Shown: piece after piece, positions 14,581-27,153 of the stretch
Layout of the letters: each line of letters opens with the position of its first letter
Position numbering within the stretch: position 1 is the stretch's first letter
Origin: Mytilus edulis
Taxonomy: Eukaryota
Direction of reading: 5' to 3'
Length of the DNA stretch: 64,000 nt
Assembly: GCF_963676685.1 (NCBI RefSeq)
Contig: NC_092353.1
Span: 42,098,001 to 42,162,000, forward strand
The notes under the pieces: generated by a model
Told to the model about the DNA's origin: nothing
The model's input: only the letters and a program-made list of their open reading frames with translations
Databases searched by the model: none
Position numbers and translations under genes: made by a program

Positions 14581-15607
14581 TTTGTCATAGATTTTGTCAT
14601 GTGATTAGGAACTTTCCGATTGAATTTCCATTGGAGTTCAGTACTTTTGTGGTTTTACTTTTTAGAAACCCTAAATTAATACTAGCCCTTTGTTTTGAAT
14701 CAAAATAAATTATCAGTATTGCATTTTATTACATTAATGAGCTAACCTTGGACATAATCTATTATTTCCAAAGCTAACACGCATAATAGTTCCAGATATG
14801 GCACAAGTTTTGGCAGTACAAGGAGACGTAAGACATGGGTTTTCTTACAATTGCACTTTCAACCATGACTTCGCCCGAATAACTGGACTAGCAGCTTCAT
14901 CTAATGGCAATATCGTATTATGCGACCATAGCAACAAGACTCTTATTTTAGTTGACAATATTGGTAATTATATTACCAAGCTGAATGTAGACAGTGAGCC
15001 ATTCGATGTGGCTATTACAAGTCAAAATGTAGGATATATTACTCAACCCAATACCAGATCTGTATTGCAGATAGATCCAGAGAGGATGGTTGTTCTATCG
15101 AAAAACACATGAAACGATTTAAGGACTACCATGACATCTACAGTTAAGGGTTCGTGCTCACTTGTCGTAAATGAGATGGGGTTTTCCTACATATATGATT
15201 ATTTAAACATAAGGTTAGTCAATATCATTATACATTATCAAGATGGTTTGTTCTTAATTTGATAACACTTCAGATTTGTAACTTTATTCCTTTCCAATTC
15301 AGTTACGGGGAAGTAATTTTTAACTTTAAAATAGGATATTTCAAAATCTTCAGCAAAACGCAGGCTACAATATATTGAGAAACCACAGTTGATATGAAGT
15401 AAACATCACGAGTTCAAAAGTCATAAATCGAGATGAACAATTCGAAAAATTCTTTATAAAACTGTTGTTTGGAAAAAAAATACTAGTATTTTTTATTTGT
15501 GCATGAATTTTGATGTTGAATAACTAAGATCAATGTATGCGTGTCTAACCTTGAACTATAGTATGTAGCTTCAAGCTATGTAAACGTTTAAATAAAAAAA
15601 TGATTCT

Positions 15608-15828
15608 TTGATTGATTGATTGATAAGCACTATAATTGTGCTACTTCTTTGAGTTCATTTGTTATTACTGTGGGATGCTGGAGAGAACCAACCACCTTTG
15701 GTAAAATCCAAGTCAAGTTAGATTGGGTTGCGATCAACTTCTACATGCGAAACTTTATCTCACCACCTCAGTGTCAACAGACCAGTATTGCAATACACCA
15801 CTTAATCAACTCAACCACCAAGGGCCCT
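15608..15828 (-). mobile_element. tRNA-derived SINE, degenerate
   Basis: (TTGA)n tail on +; similar to the SINE at 16165-16408. Confidence 0.5.
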
Positions 15829-16164
15829 TTCGAATTGTAGACAAATTTTCACAAACAAGTTATTCTAGGTGCAAATGAATTTGGATCTTTGAACAACGTC
15901 ATTTTTAAAATGTAAGATTATGGTAAACAACCTAATATTCAATTGAAATAAAGCCCAAAAAATAAAACTCTTCTTTAGAGAAGTTAATAACAATGGCCAA
16001 GTTGCTATATTGGAATTGTTAATGTCTGCTTCTATGGCTTTTCTAACTTTAAGGTTAATGCATAATGAAGGTGTTTTAGTATTTAATTTCCTTGTTTATC
16101 ATCGAACTATAGTATGGATCTTCGAGATATTTATAAAAATAAATCAATTAAAAACTTATAGATT

Positions 16165-16408
16165 ACTTGATTGGTGATAAACGCAACTTTCAGTACTATG
16201 GTGCTATTTTTGTGGCGGCCAGTTTTTAGTGGTGGAGGAAGCCATAGATAACCAACGACCTTCGATAGGAAAACTGACAACATTGTCAACTAAGAGATTA
16301 CGAGTTGAGCTAGCATGCCTCCTTCGAGATTCGAACTCGCATCCTCAGTTTTGACATGTCAGTTATGCTATCATTCGACTTCTTAGACCATTCGGTTACC
16401 GGGGCTCC
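16165..16408 (-). mobile_element. tRNA-derived SINE
   Basis: Minus strand has an A-box-like GGTAACCGAATGGTCTAAG and a B-box GAGTTCGAATC, followed by a SINE core. Confidence 0.65.
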
Positions 16409-18458
16409 TTTAAATTAAAGACAAATTTACATAAAATAGTAGATTATGGCAGGTGGATATATATTTGGATCTTTTTATACATAAGAATGAAATCAATCGA
16501 AAAAACACATCCCTCAGAAAATGAAATACTGATCTCTGTTAAGCTTAATTTGAATTTCTGCCCACAGCACCAACAGTTTTTGTAAAAGAAAAAAAAAATC
16601 ATAAAATTTCTTCACGTCAGTTTGCAGCGCAGCAAATTATTCAAAATAGTTCATTGTAGTATAACAAACTTCTAGCGCTATTTTTCGATCGCTGATGAAA
16701 ATAAAAAAAGAAAAACATTTTCATGTGTAACGCAAATAGATATTCAAAACCACTGTACGATTGTGGTTTCCAAAAAAATAATATTAAATCAGTATACTTA
16801 CCTGCGAAAGCAATCAGTTGAACTTGTTACCTTTATTTTAATTAGTTTTGTGTTCGAGGTCACTGTTTTACCAAATTGCTCACTGTAACGGTCATTGATA
16901 TACTATTTTTTTTCTTTGTGATCTAATTTAAATTATTTCAGTGCCATTGGAGAAAATGTACCATACACAAGTAATAAAGGAGTTTGTATTGGTGCTGGTG
17001 TTGTGAAGACACATACAGTTGATGGACAAACTTATTTTTCTTGTACAGTTGGCACAAATGATATAATGGTCAGAAAGAAAGGAGTTCAAGGTCCTTTTTA
17101 TCGTCCTGAAAAAATTTCTAGCAGCGCAAAAACACCGACTGATATATGCTCTGATGATAATGGACACCTATACGTCAGTTGACAAGGTTCAAACAACATA
17201 CACAGACTTACACAGGCGGGAAAGGTGGTAGATATACCACTACATTCTCAACATGGAATAAAAGAACCAGTTGCTGTTTGCTTCAACCAAAACTATACAA
17301 ATTTATATATTGTCAATGAATGGGGGAAATCAGTTTTGGTCTTTAATGTTTATTGATGCTTGATTACAAAGACTTTTTATTAAACGTTCCAGTCGAAATA
17401 CATCATTGGATGTTCAATTGTTGTATTTTATAATTGCATATTAAACTAATTGTGCTCTTCACAAAAGTAATATGCTAATCTAATGTAAAGTACACAGCAT
17501 AAAGTATTGATGCGAAAACTAATTATTTATATTCTAATTAATGTTTGCTATATGTAACAAAATGATTTGTTAATCTAGTGATTGGCTTTTAATAAGGACT
17601 AACACCTATTTTCTTGTGCATTTAATTATATTTTGGTATATATTTGTTTTATATTGCTTTTGCACAAAATGTTTTGGAACAGATGAACTATTTACCTTTC
17701 ATTGGATATGTTTATTTCATAATTGGATTTTTTGCACATAATATTTAGTATGTGTTTATGATAATAATTTCAATAAAAATATGTCTCGATTTATTTCTTT
17801 ATTTTTTTACGGTTTAAGCAATCCTGATGAAAGTTTCTCAGAATAGTGAGCATCAAATGCACTATTTTATTGTTGTTCAGGATTTTTCAAATTGGATTTG
17901 AAGTTTCTGTCTTTTGTCATTGTAAACGATAGCCGAATTTGTTTTTCTGTCTTTACATTTATGTGATGTCTTGTTGATATATTTCTTGCTGATTTCTTGC
18001 TTTGTGATAAACACTTTATGTCGTGGTTGTAGCGGATTCAAGAATTACTTTCTATTCTGACTGGGAAAGAATAACATTTTTATATTTTCCCAGGTTGTTT
18101 AGTGGAGGTTTGTTGAGGTATAATTCTACATTTGAGCATTTCAATATATATTTCGATGTCCGTCTATATACTGCTACATGGTACTTCTTTTAATCGCACA
18201 ATAACACAAGATCATCCTTAAAAAGGGAGGCGAAACATTCCAAATAGCCGTTCAACCTTTTTCGCTATAAGCATTTTGTTATATCATTACGAGCGTTTCT
18301 GGCTTTTGATTTAAATAAGAGGCAAAAGTAGTTTTACCAATAATGACATCTCGTACATCATTTTCAATATGCAAGTAAAGTTCAGGAAATTATGTTGTGT
18401 GTGTGGATAAAATGATAATTTTCTGCTATGTGAAAATTGCATAGAACGGTAATTAAAT

Positions 18459-20302
18459 AGATATAGGAAGATGTGGTGTGAGTGCCAATGAGACAACTCT
18501 CCATCCAAATAACAATTAAAAAAAAGTAAACCATTATAGGTCAATGTACGGCCTTCAACAGGGAGCCGTGGCTCACACCGAATAACAAGCTATAAGGGGC
18601 CCCAAAATTACAAGTGTAAAACCATTCAAACGGGAAAACCTATCTAATCTATATAAGATTTTTAAAAAAAAAACGAGAAACGAGAAACAAGTATAAATTA
18701 CATAAACAAACGACAACTACTGTACATCAGATTTCTGACTTAGGACAGGTGCAAACATTTTCAGCGGGATTTAACGTGTTAATGGATCCAAACCTTCTCC
18801 CTTTTCCTGATACAATAGCATAACATCACAACATAGAAAAACACACGATAAAATATCAATTGGCAAGCTTAACTCTATCAAAAAACGTACATTAATACAC
18901 TATGAACGAATAAATTTGATCTGCGATATCTGAATGCAAATGTACAGTTAATAAAATATTAGGGACAAACATTCAAGGCCAAAAAGCAAACAAACAAGTC
19001 CAAACAAAGCCATGGCAAGACACCACTGCGAAATATTTAACCCTTCGAAAATATTTACTTTCGAAAAAAGACCGGTTTAAAAAAAATACAGGTAAATCTT
19101 GAAGTTTATACAAATGTGGTAAGAAGAAGTGTAACTTAGAAAATATTCCAAAAAATCAAAGCTGGTATATAGACAAGATCCATATAAATATAAAATAACA
19201 AAAAAAGCATTATAAACAGTATCAACAGGTCGAATTAACAAGAAAATACGATTTGAGAGTACTCGCAGTTACTGAAAGCTAGTTAAAAGCTAAAAACAAA
19301 TAATAATAAAAACAAATCATGCATCAGAGACTAATGACTGTTTTATCTATTAGACGAGTACATATTTATCTTTCAATGGTTATCACAAAATAGTCAACAC
19401 ATTTACTAAATTTTATAATCGTTATAAGGAAATCATTCGTAAATATAGCTCAACATGCAGACTTCTTATACGTTCAGGTATTTCACATCCAATATTTTAT
19501 GGAAATACTCTTTATAAAGCACAAAAATGTCAGTATTTACCTCAGAAGCTAACTTAACCTTTAAATGGACTTATTAAGAAGGGATATAGTTACGATACAG
19601 TTGTCAGGCCATTAAAGATTGCATAATTTGGCGTTAATATTGATTCACTTATAGGGTTTTTGCATCGGAACTAAACACATTTATTTAAAACCAGTTGTTG
19701 GTATGACACGGGTTATGTTCTTCTCATAAATGTTATGATGGTATGATACTAAACCCCTCACGAGAAGGATTGTGCCTGATATTCATATGATGAAGACATA
19801 ATCTTTCAATCAGTATAATTGAAGTCTGGATCTGGCATGTCAGTTAACTGCTAGTAGTCTGATGTTATTTATGTATTATTGTCATTTTGTATATATTTTT
19901 TGGTTACATCTTCTGACATCAGACTCGGACTTCTCTTGAACTGAATTTTAATGTGCGTGTTGTTATGCGTTTATTTTCTGCATTTGCTAGAGGTATAGGG
20001 GGAGGGTTTAAATCTCATAAACTTGTTTAACCCCGCCGCATTTTTGCGCCTGTCCCAAGTCAGTAGCTTCTGGCCTTTGTTAGTCTTGTATTATTTTTAC
20101 TTTTAGTTTCTTGTGTACAATTTGGAGTTTAGTTTGGCGTTCATTATCACTGAACAAGTATATATATTTGTTTAAGGACCAGCTGAAGGACGCCTCCGGA
20201 TGCGGGAATTTTTCTCTGCATTGAAGACCTTCTGCTGTTATCTTCTCTATGGTCGGGTTGTTGTCTCTTTGACACATTCCCCATTTCCATTCTCAATTTT
20301 AT
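18459..20302 (+). mobile_element. Internally deleted Penelope-like retroelement keeping both terminal modules and the ORF C-terminus
   Basis: ~19335-19673 encodes ...KFYNRYKEIIRKYSSTCRLLIRSGISHP...SLIGFLHRN*, the same C-terminus as the RT copy at 36403-37030. The 3' module is nearly identical to 37030-37667. Confidence 0.7.
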
Positions 20303-20555
20303 TACTAAATAATATCTATGTTTTACATTAGATAGTGGAAACACGTAAAGTGTTTGGTAGGGTTCGTTTTCTTAGTTTGATTGTCTTTGTCATGATTGTA
20401 TTGTATTCAGTTTACTGTTGCTTGGTGTTGTTTTTTATAATTTATTTTTTTACTGGATATCGCTTTTTTATCTTCCATGTATCCTTTTGCCGCCTTGAAA
20501 AGTTGAATTTCAATAGCGTGATATACAAAGGTTGATACTTCTGAATTTTAGAACA

Positions 20556-20940
20556 AGAAGGATAAATAAAGGCAACAAAAGTATACCACTGTTTACAAAC
20601 TTAAACTGAGGGAAGCACATCAAATATAAGAGGAGAACTACGACACAACAGAAACACAACATAAAAATGTAACACAAACAGAAATGAACTATAATATGAC
20701 AACGGCTATTTTCCTGACTTGGTACAGGACATTTTAAGAAAAAAAATGCTGGGTTGAACCTGGTGTTGTGGCATGCCAAACCTCCCGCTTTTATGGCAAT
20801 GTTAAATATAACATTACAATGACAAAATTACATGGCAGGACTACAATACAGATTAATGGTAGAACATATAGGACAGAAAAACACACGAATGATATCTAAC
20901 AAAAGGTACTGGGTTTAAAATTTAATACGCCAGACGCGTA
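20556..20940 (-). repeat. SINE-like element with hammerhead 3' fragment (inverted relative of 14000-14580)
   Basis: Reverse-complement similarity to 14000-14580; ends in TACGCCAGACGCG (hammerhead stem III/I'). Confidence 0.65.
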
Positions 20941-23032
20941 TAATAAAACTGTATAATAAATAATCAATGTGACCAGAGGATTTGCATCAACTTACGAAAT
21001 GGACTGCGCTTTTCAATCAGAAAACAACTAGACTAGAAAATTATATTTCGACAAAAAAATTGTAAGCACCAAGTTTTCTACTTAAATAGGGAAATTGGGA
21101 ATTTTTATTTTTTATATTATTTCGTTGTTAATATTGCTTGTGCAACAATGGTTCCCGAAGTAACATTGGATTGGAAGACACACTTTTTGCTATTAGGTTA
21201 ATTTAAATAATACGCTTTAACTAAAAGAATGTATGAAATAACTCTGGTTTTTTTTTAAAGTGTAAAATTATGCAAGACGTTCAAGATTATTGTAGTCTTA
21301 TTGATCATATTGATACTCAATCAGGAAAATGTAATCTACAGACTTTAGTGCAAAAATGATATATATAGATTAATTTTTCGAAGTTCAGTAAATAAACAAT
21401 AGTAATTTGGACAAAAAAATATACTGGCAAGAATATTACCAACAAATATGTTTTACAGACATAATTATATATGTAAACTACATCTCATAGTATGTGACTT
21501 ACAAATTTAACAGTACAATTTAAGATTTTAACATGTCGAGACAATACATATTAATGTTTATCTAAGTTAATGAACGTGTTATACCAGCTAGCATTGCAAT
21601 CCAGATGATGATGATACTAGATACCAAAACATTGTGTCTTTCATTCATCGTTTAATTTGAAATTTTATAAATGTAAAATACAGCCCTCCATAAACACCGA
21701 TTTTGTTATCATCAAGGAAGTAATTTATAAAACAACACACCCACAAAACAAAAACGTAGGTAAGTTATAAATCAACCAGTATTTTTAAAAAAGCAACGAA
21801 AATAAAACACTCCAATTGTTTAAGAAGTTGTGGTATTAGCAAAATTTCATTAAATTTAATGATATAATTATATGTTTTTGAAAATACCGATTACGCTGAT
21901 TAATAACAAAAAACGAAACTGTTTTAACCACTATGAATATAACGCCTTTTTCAAGTTAGTATTCAATCATCTATATTCACCTGATTCAGCATTGTTTAGT
22001 AATTCGAGAGAATATTATGAAATATTTAAAGTTATGGGACTCATGAATACATTTAATACCTGAATCGTACAAAACAACGATTTTGACCGTACTTTTCACC
22101 TAGCTACTTTGTTGAGAGATTCCTGCTATAAGTATCATCTTAAAATAAATTCCTTATAAAAACTGATCATAACTAGTAGACGATTTATAATCCGTTTGGC
22201 ATAACTAATAGAAGAAATATTTGTCATCTCTAATTGAAGAAAAAAAATGCAATGATTATAACTAATAATTGAAAGAAAATCACTTGGTCATGTCTAATAC
22301 AAGAAACTTACAGAGGTCAAACAATTTCAAAAAATAATTTTTCCCAAAAGAATGAGCTACTTGCAGATAATACAAACCAATCAATTGCTTTTGCGTATTA
22401 TTCATTTCTTATTCGATTGTCGTTGTTTATTGTCTTTTCGTAAGCTGATATGGGTGTCTTCTACTATCTTGGATTGTTAAAAAAAACCAGAGAACCTAAG
22501 GTCCAGATGTTCTATGAAGTTAGCAAAATTAATTGCAGGAATGCAGATATTTAATGTGAATTTTCATTTAAAAGAACCAGTTTATGAGAATAAAACTTAT
22601 CAATTTTAATAGTATTACATGTGTAGATTATTTTTGGTTGTTTTTTAATGTTTTTTAATTGGCATTTTAAGGGGAGGTCACTCTTAAACAGTGCATTTTT
22701 TGAAGGAATCTGCATGGAATTTTTCTATTTTGTATTTTAGCCGGAAAAAACGTACGGTGACCCTTTCTTTTCTTTTGATTTTCTGAAAGCTTTGTCTTTT
22801 CCTTATTTAGTTTACAGTTCTATCAGTTTGTTTAGTTTCTAATCACAAAACATGCAAAATGGGTGTTTTCCCTGTATAATCCATACAAAAAGTGTCATTT
22901 TGTCACAACCTGTAGTTTGAGAAAATGCGCGGTGACAGTATCATTTTTATTATATTTTTGAACATATACCAATAGATACTACGTTTTGGCAAGGTATGAA
23001 CAAATTCTATCTTTTTTATTTAAGACTCCTAT

Positions 23033-23365
23033 TGTTGTGAACTTACGTATTTATAGAACAAACGGCATAGGCGGATCCAGGGGGGGGGTCTGGGGGCCCA
23101 GACCCCCCCCCCTTTCGTGGAAAAATTTGGTTGAGTATATATTTAGAACCTGATACGGAGATCAGTAAAATAATACAGTGTGTAAAATGTATGCTGTTTA
23201 CCTTTTATAAAATATATATCAAGTCAAATATCAATCTTCTTATTCTTCGAGGTGTATATCAACTTCAATCTTCTGGGTGGAAGTTGACGTCAACAATGGG
23301 AATTTTCAAGTGAAAGTACGGGAATAAATATAATGTTACGTCGTGTAAATTGTACTTTCACAACA
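23033..23365 (-). repeat. 3' LTR (333 bp; ~270 bp replaced by a MITE-end fragment at 23066-23133; TATA region deleted)
   Basis: Direct repeat of 29008-29556 apart from the CATAGGCGGATCCAGGGGG... segment and a ~20-bp deletion near 23270. Confidence 0.9.
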
Positions 23366-23383
23366 CTGCCCCCCCCCCTTTTC
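23366..23383 (-). other. Polypurine tract
   Basis: Minus strand GAAAAGGGGGGGGGGCAG immediately precedes the 3' LTR TG. Confidence 0.85.
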
Positions 23384-23625
23384 AAAAAATCATTTCGCCC
23401 TCGAAATTAAAACATTACCTATATGTACCTTATTTACAGTAAAAAAAAAACATCAACAATAACGACATGAAAAATAAACAATATGCAAAATTTCTAAATT
23501 TCAAAAATCACCTCTTCTATAAATGCATATTCATAACAATTAAAACATAGCAATATCAACACATTTAAATCATAAAGCAATCAATCATCAACATATAAAT
23601 ATATATTGTTCAAACATTGTCAAAT

Positions 23626-24275
23626 TTATTTATACAGTTTATCAACAGGTGACTTGTACGGAAAGTACACCACACTTTTTATCTTCCTATTTTCTTTTCC
23701 CAGTCTTCTCTTCTTCTGTGGCGATGGTTTGGTTATGTCCTCTTCTGGCTGTCTCTTCATGGCAAGGACCTTGGCCTTCCAAAATGTTGCTTCCTCTCTA
23801 AGTTTCAATACTTCTTTTCTTTGATCCTTTAGTTGTTTCTATAATCTTCCATGTTAAATTTTGTATCAGTTTGAGTCTCTGCATCTGTGGTTTTAATTGG
23901 TGTTTCTGTGTTTGTAATAATTTCAACAACTTCTTCTTGCACATCAATGACGATCCCGGGATAGTTGATGGCAAGATCTTCTGTACCCTGATTACCACAT
24001 GTAACATTATAAGGAGCAGTGTTCTTCTTAAAAAATGTATTGTCTTGACTATCTTGAACATCAGCTGCTAATTTTGCATGTAGTTTATATTTTGTTACAT
24101 GGTTCTCCAAACGGTTTAAACTGTTACATTTGAAATGGCATATGGTACAAAAATAAGGACAGTGATTATAAGTTGTGTGATTAAATTGAACATGCCAGAT
24201 GGCTTCTTTTAATGATTTCATCTCATCTCCACATTTCCTACAGTTAAAGGTCGCTTGGTCATTCTCATCTTCCAT
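23626..24275 (-). pseudogene. Retrotransposon ORF3: double C2H2-like zinc-finger / coiled-coil / NLS-like protein (~215 aa; one frameshift near 23835)
   Basis: CRKC-x12-HVQFNH and CTIC-x12-HVTKYKLH. A pyrimidine-rich tract plus CAG sits directly before the ATG at 24275. Adding one A near 23835 joins it to ...RKQLKDQRKEVLKLREEATFWKAKV...PSPQKKRRL...KIKSVVYF...*. Confidence 0.75.
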
Positions 24276-24369
24276 CTGCAATAAACAGAAAACAAAACAC
24301 ATGGTAAGTATCGGTTACTATGGAAAATGTTGAACAAGTAAATCAGCTACATGGACAAAAACTGTTTCT

Positions 24370-25421
24370 TTACTTTTTTAACCCAGGATGGAAAAACAGA
24401 AGATTCATATGCTCTAAGGTTATCAAAATGGATATTAAAACTTTTTCTGGAATCTCTGATTTGATATTAACTACAGGACTAAGTTGTTTAATAACTACAA
24501 ATGGACCACTCCATGGACTTTTAAGCTTTTTAAAAAATGGTTTCTTCCTAAATACATGAGATCCAACTAAAAATGGTTTATCAATTATTCTCGTATCATG
24601 GTCTCGTTTTTGCTTTTCCCCTGACTGTTTAAGATTTTCTCGAGCTACATGGTATATATCTTCCATATGAACTCTCAAATCATCAACGTATACATTTACA
24701 GGTTTCTGGGCATTATGACGGGGTAATGGATATAGTAACTCATGGGGTAGGTTCACTTCTCGTCCTAACATTAATTTATTTGGACTAAAACCAGTAGAGG
24801 GATGAACAGTACTTCTGTATGCACTCATTAATATTGGAATATAGAAATCCCATTTTCTTTTGTTTTCATCTACATACGATTTAACATTTTTCCTAATGTT
24901 TGGTTAAATTTTTCAATTAGGCCATTAGATGATGGGTGAAAAAAGGTTGATTTCGTTTTATGGATATCAAGGAGCCTACACAATTCTTGGAATAAATTGC
25001 TTTGAAAATTAGTCCCTTGATCAGTATGGATTTCAAGCGGAATTCCGAATCTAGAAACGAACTCATTAACAAGTTTCTCGGCAACGATATGGGAATATTG
25101 GTTAGGCAATGGATAGGCTTCCATCCATCTGGTAAAGTGATCACCGATCACTAATATAAACCGATTGCCAGTTTTGGATTTGGGAAATGGTCCCATGACA
25201 TCCAACGCTACTCTGTCCATTGGATATCCAACATGATAATATTGCAAAGCTGCATGGTTATTATTGATTGTTTTCCGAAGTTTACAACATGATGGACACT
25301 GTCTGATATGTTGCTTTATATCTTCCCTCATTCTGTACCAATGAAAATGTTCCTTTATTTTCATTGTTGTTTTCTTGATGCCAAAATGAGCAGAAAATAT
25401 AGAATCATGGCACAGCGTCAA
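24370..25421 (-). pseudogene. pol: Gypsy integrase (HHCC zinc domain, DDE core, C-terminal part), frameshifted
   Basis: CHDSIFSAHFG...CPSC; ALDVMGP; IHTDQGTNF; HPSSNGLIEK; AYRSTVHPSTGFSP. Confidence 0.93.
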
Positions 25422-25433
25422 TATTTCAGACCT

Positions 25434-27125
25434 TTAAATCTCAGGAACCAACAACTGCATTTTTGGTACATCAGTAGGGTTGTTTGGAACTAATCTTTGG
25501 TACAATACATCATCCATACTTATAATATTATTCCAGTTAAGCCAATGTTTCCTTGTGGCAGGACTAAATCTAGTAACCTGTGCTCTTGTTGTTGGTTCTT
25601 TTGACTCCTTCCATGTAAATAAAGGGCCAATATCATTGTCTTTCCTCTGCAGTTCTTTCATTTCAGAAGCAGTATACTTCTGTAACCAGTTGGCAGGTTT
25701 TCTTGCTTGTTTAGTACTGTTTCGTGTTACTGCACGAATTGATTCATTAGTTCTTCCAATGTCTTTGATATTGTCTACTTTATCATGGAACTCAGTCCAG
25801 TCATCTGTTTTGTCTTCGTGTACCGGAAAAGAATCAAAGTCTTTTCTTGACAGTGCATCGGCATTGGTGTGTTTTATTCCAACTCTATGTTGAATGTCAA
25901 AATTGTATTGTGACAAAACTTCGTGCCATCTGGCTAACTGGCCTTGGGGATCTTTAATATTGAACAGCCATCTTAGTGAACTGTGGTCAGTTCGTAGTAA
26001 AAACTTGTTCCCTAGGAGAAAATGTCTAAACTGATGGACAAATGTGATTACTGCCAGAAGTTCTCTCCTCGTGACATTATAACGTTGCTGTGCTTTATTT
26101 AATTTCTTTGAACCAAAGGCAATGGCTTTTTCTTGTCCATCTTGCACTTGTGACAAAACTGCTCCTATGCCTACATTAGATGCATCTGTATCCAAAATGA
26201 ATGGTAACTGTGGATTTGGATATGCTAAGACTGGTGTTGACATTAAAGCATTCTTTAGTTTGGTGAAAGCTGTTTCACAATCTTTTGTCCATACGAACTT
26301 GACATTTTTTCCTGTGAGCTGAGTCAGCGGTGATGCAATTTCACTAAAATGTAAAATAAAGCGCCTATAGTAGTTGCAAAGACTAAGAAATTGTTGAACT
26401 TCTTTGACATTTTCGGGAATCTTCCAACTTGAAATAGATTCTGAAATTTTTGGATTCGGTTTTATTCCATCTTGACCAACAATATGACCCAGATACAGTA
26501 CTTCTGGTTTCAAAAGGTCACATTTAGAAGGTTTCAATTTCAGTCCAACCTCTCTAAGTCTATTTAAAACTTCGTCTAATTGTTTGAAGTGGTCTTCTAA
26601 ATTGGAGCTGAATATAATGATGTCATCTAAATATATTAAAAGTGTTTTCCATTGAAGTCCAGTAAATACTAATTCCATGCATCTTTGAAAAGTACTCGGA
26701 GCATTACATAAACCAAAAGGCATCTTGGTGCATTCAAACAGTCCATATTTTATTGTAAATGCTGTTTTCTCGCGGTCGTTTTCATTCAGCTCTATCTGCC
26801 AATATCCACTTTGAAGGTCAAAACAGGAAAATATCTCTGCAGATGACAGACAGTCAAGGCACATATCGATTCTTGGCAATGGATACGCGTCCTTTATGGT
26901 CAAATCATTTACTTTCCTATAGTCAACACACTACCTGACAGAACCATCCTTCTTACGGACTAAAACCACAGGTGATGACCAAGCAGATGAAGATGGTCTA
27001 ACGACTCCAGTTTCTATTTGGTCTCTCAAATATTTTTCTTCCTCCTTTTCGAAAGCTTGTGGTGTCCTTCGTAAAGGTTGGCGGGCTGGTGCTGCATGTG
27101 CTGTGTCTATTCTGTGTTCAAGCAC
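25434..27125 (-). pseudogene. pol: Gypsy reverse transcriptase and RNase H
   Basis: SAWSSPVVLVRKKDGSVR; DAYPLPRID; MPFGLCNAPSTFQR; YLDD; DTDASNVGIGAVL; RELLA; TDH; NADALSR. One stop near 26931. Confidence 0.96.
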
Positions 27126-27153
27126 TGAACAAGATCCAAGTTCTGTTTTCGAT

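Larger units (their letters stand above)
14798..17356 (+). pseudogene. NHL/beta-propeller gene copy 1 (exons 14798-15213 and 16942-17356) with two in-frame TGA stops
   Basis: MAQVLAVQGDVRHGF...EPFDVAIT...; phase-2 donor AG|GTTAGT at 15214 and acceptor TTTCAG at 16941. Exon 2 ends ...VNEWGKSVLVFNVY*. TGA at 15110-15112 (Cys in copies 2/3) and at 17180-17182 (invariant Gly of SGQGSNN). No frameshift. Confidence 0.85.

Noticed and set aside
15110-15112. Selenocysteine at the Cys-aligned TGA of copy 1
   Set aside because: The same gene has a second TGA at an invariant Gly, the Cys is not conserved in copy 4, and I could not identify a SECIS.
16300-16408. tRNA gene
   Set aside because: A and B boxes are present but there is no complete cloverleaf, and the sequence continues into a SINE body.
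17820-17860. CTGATGA motif downstream of copy 1 as a hammerhead
   Set aside because: GAAA is replaced by GAAT and the stems do not pair; at most a decayed remnant.
23626-24302. ORF3 as a retroviral-type envelope gene
   Set aside because: No signal peptide or transmembrane segment visible; it has zinc-finger and NLS-like features instead.
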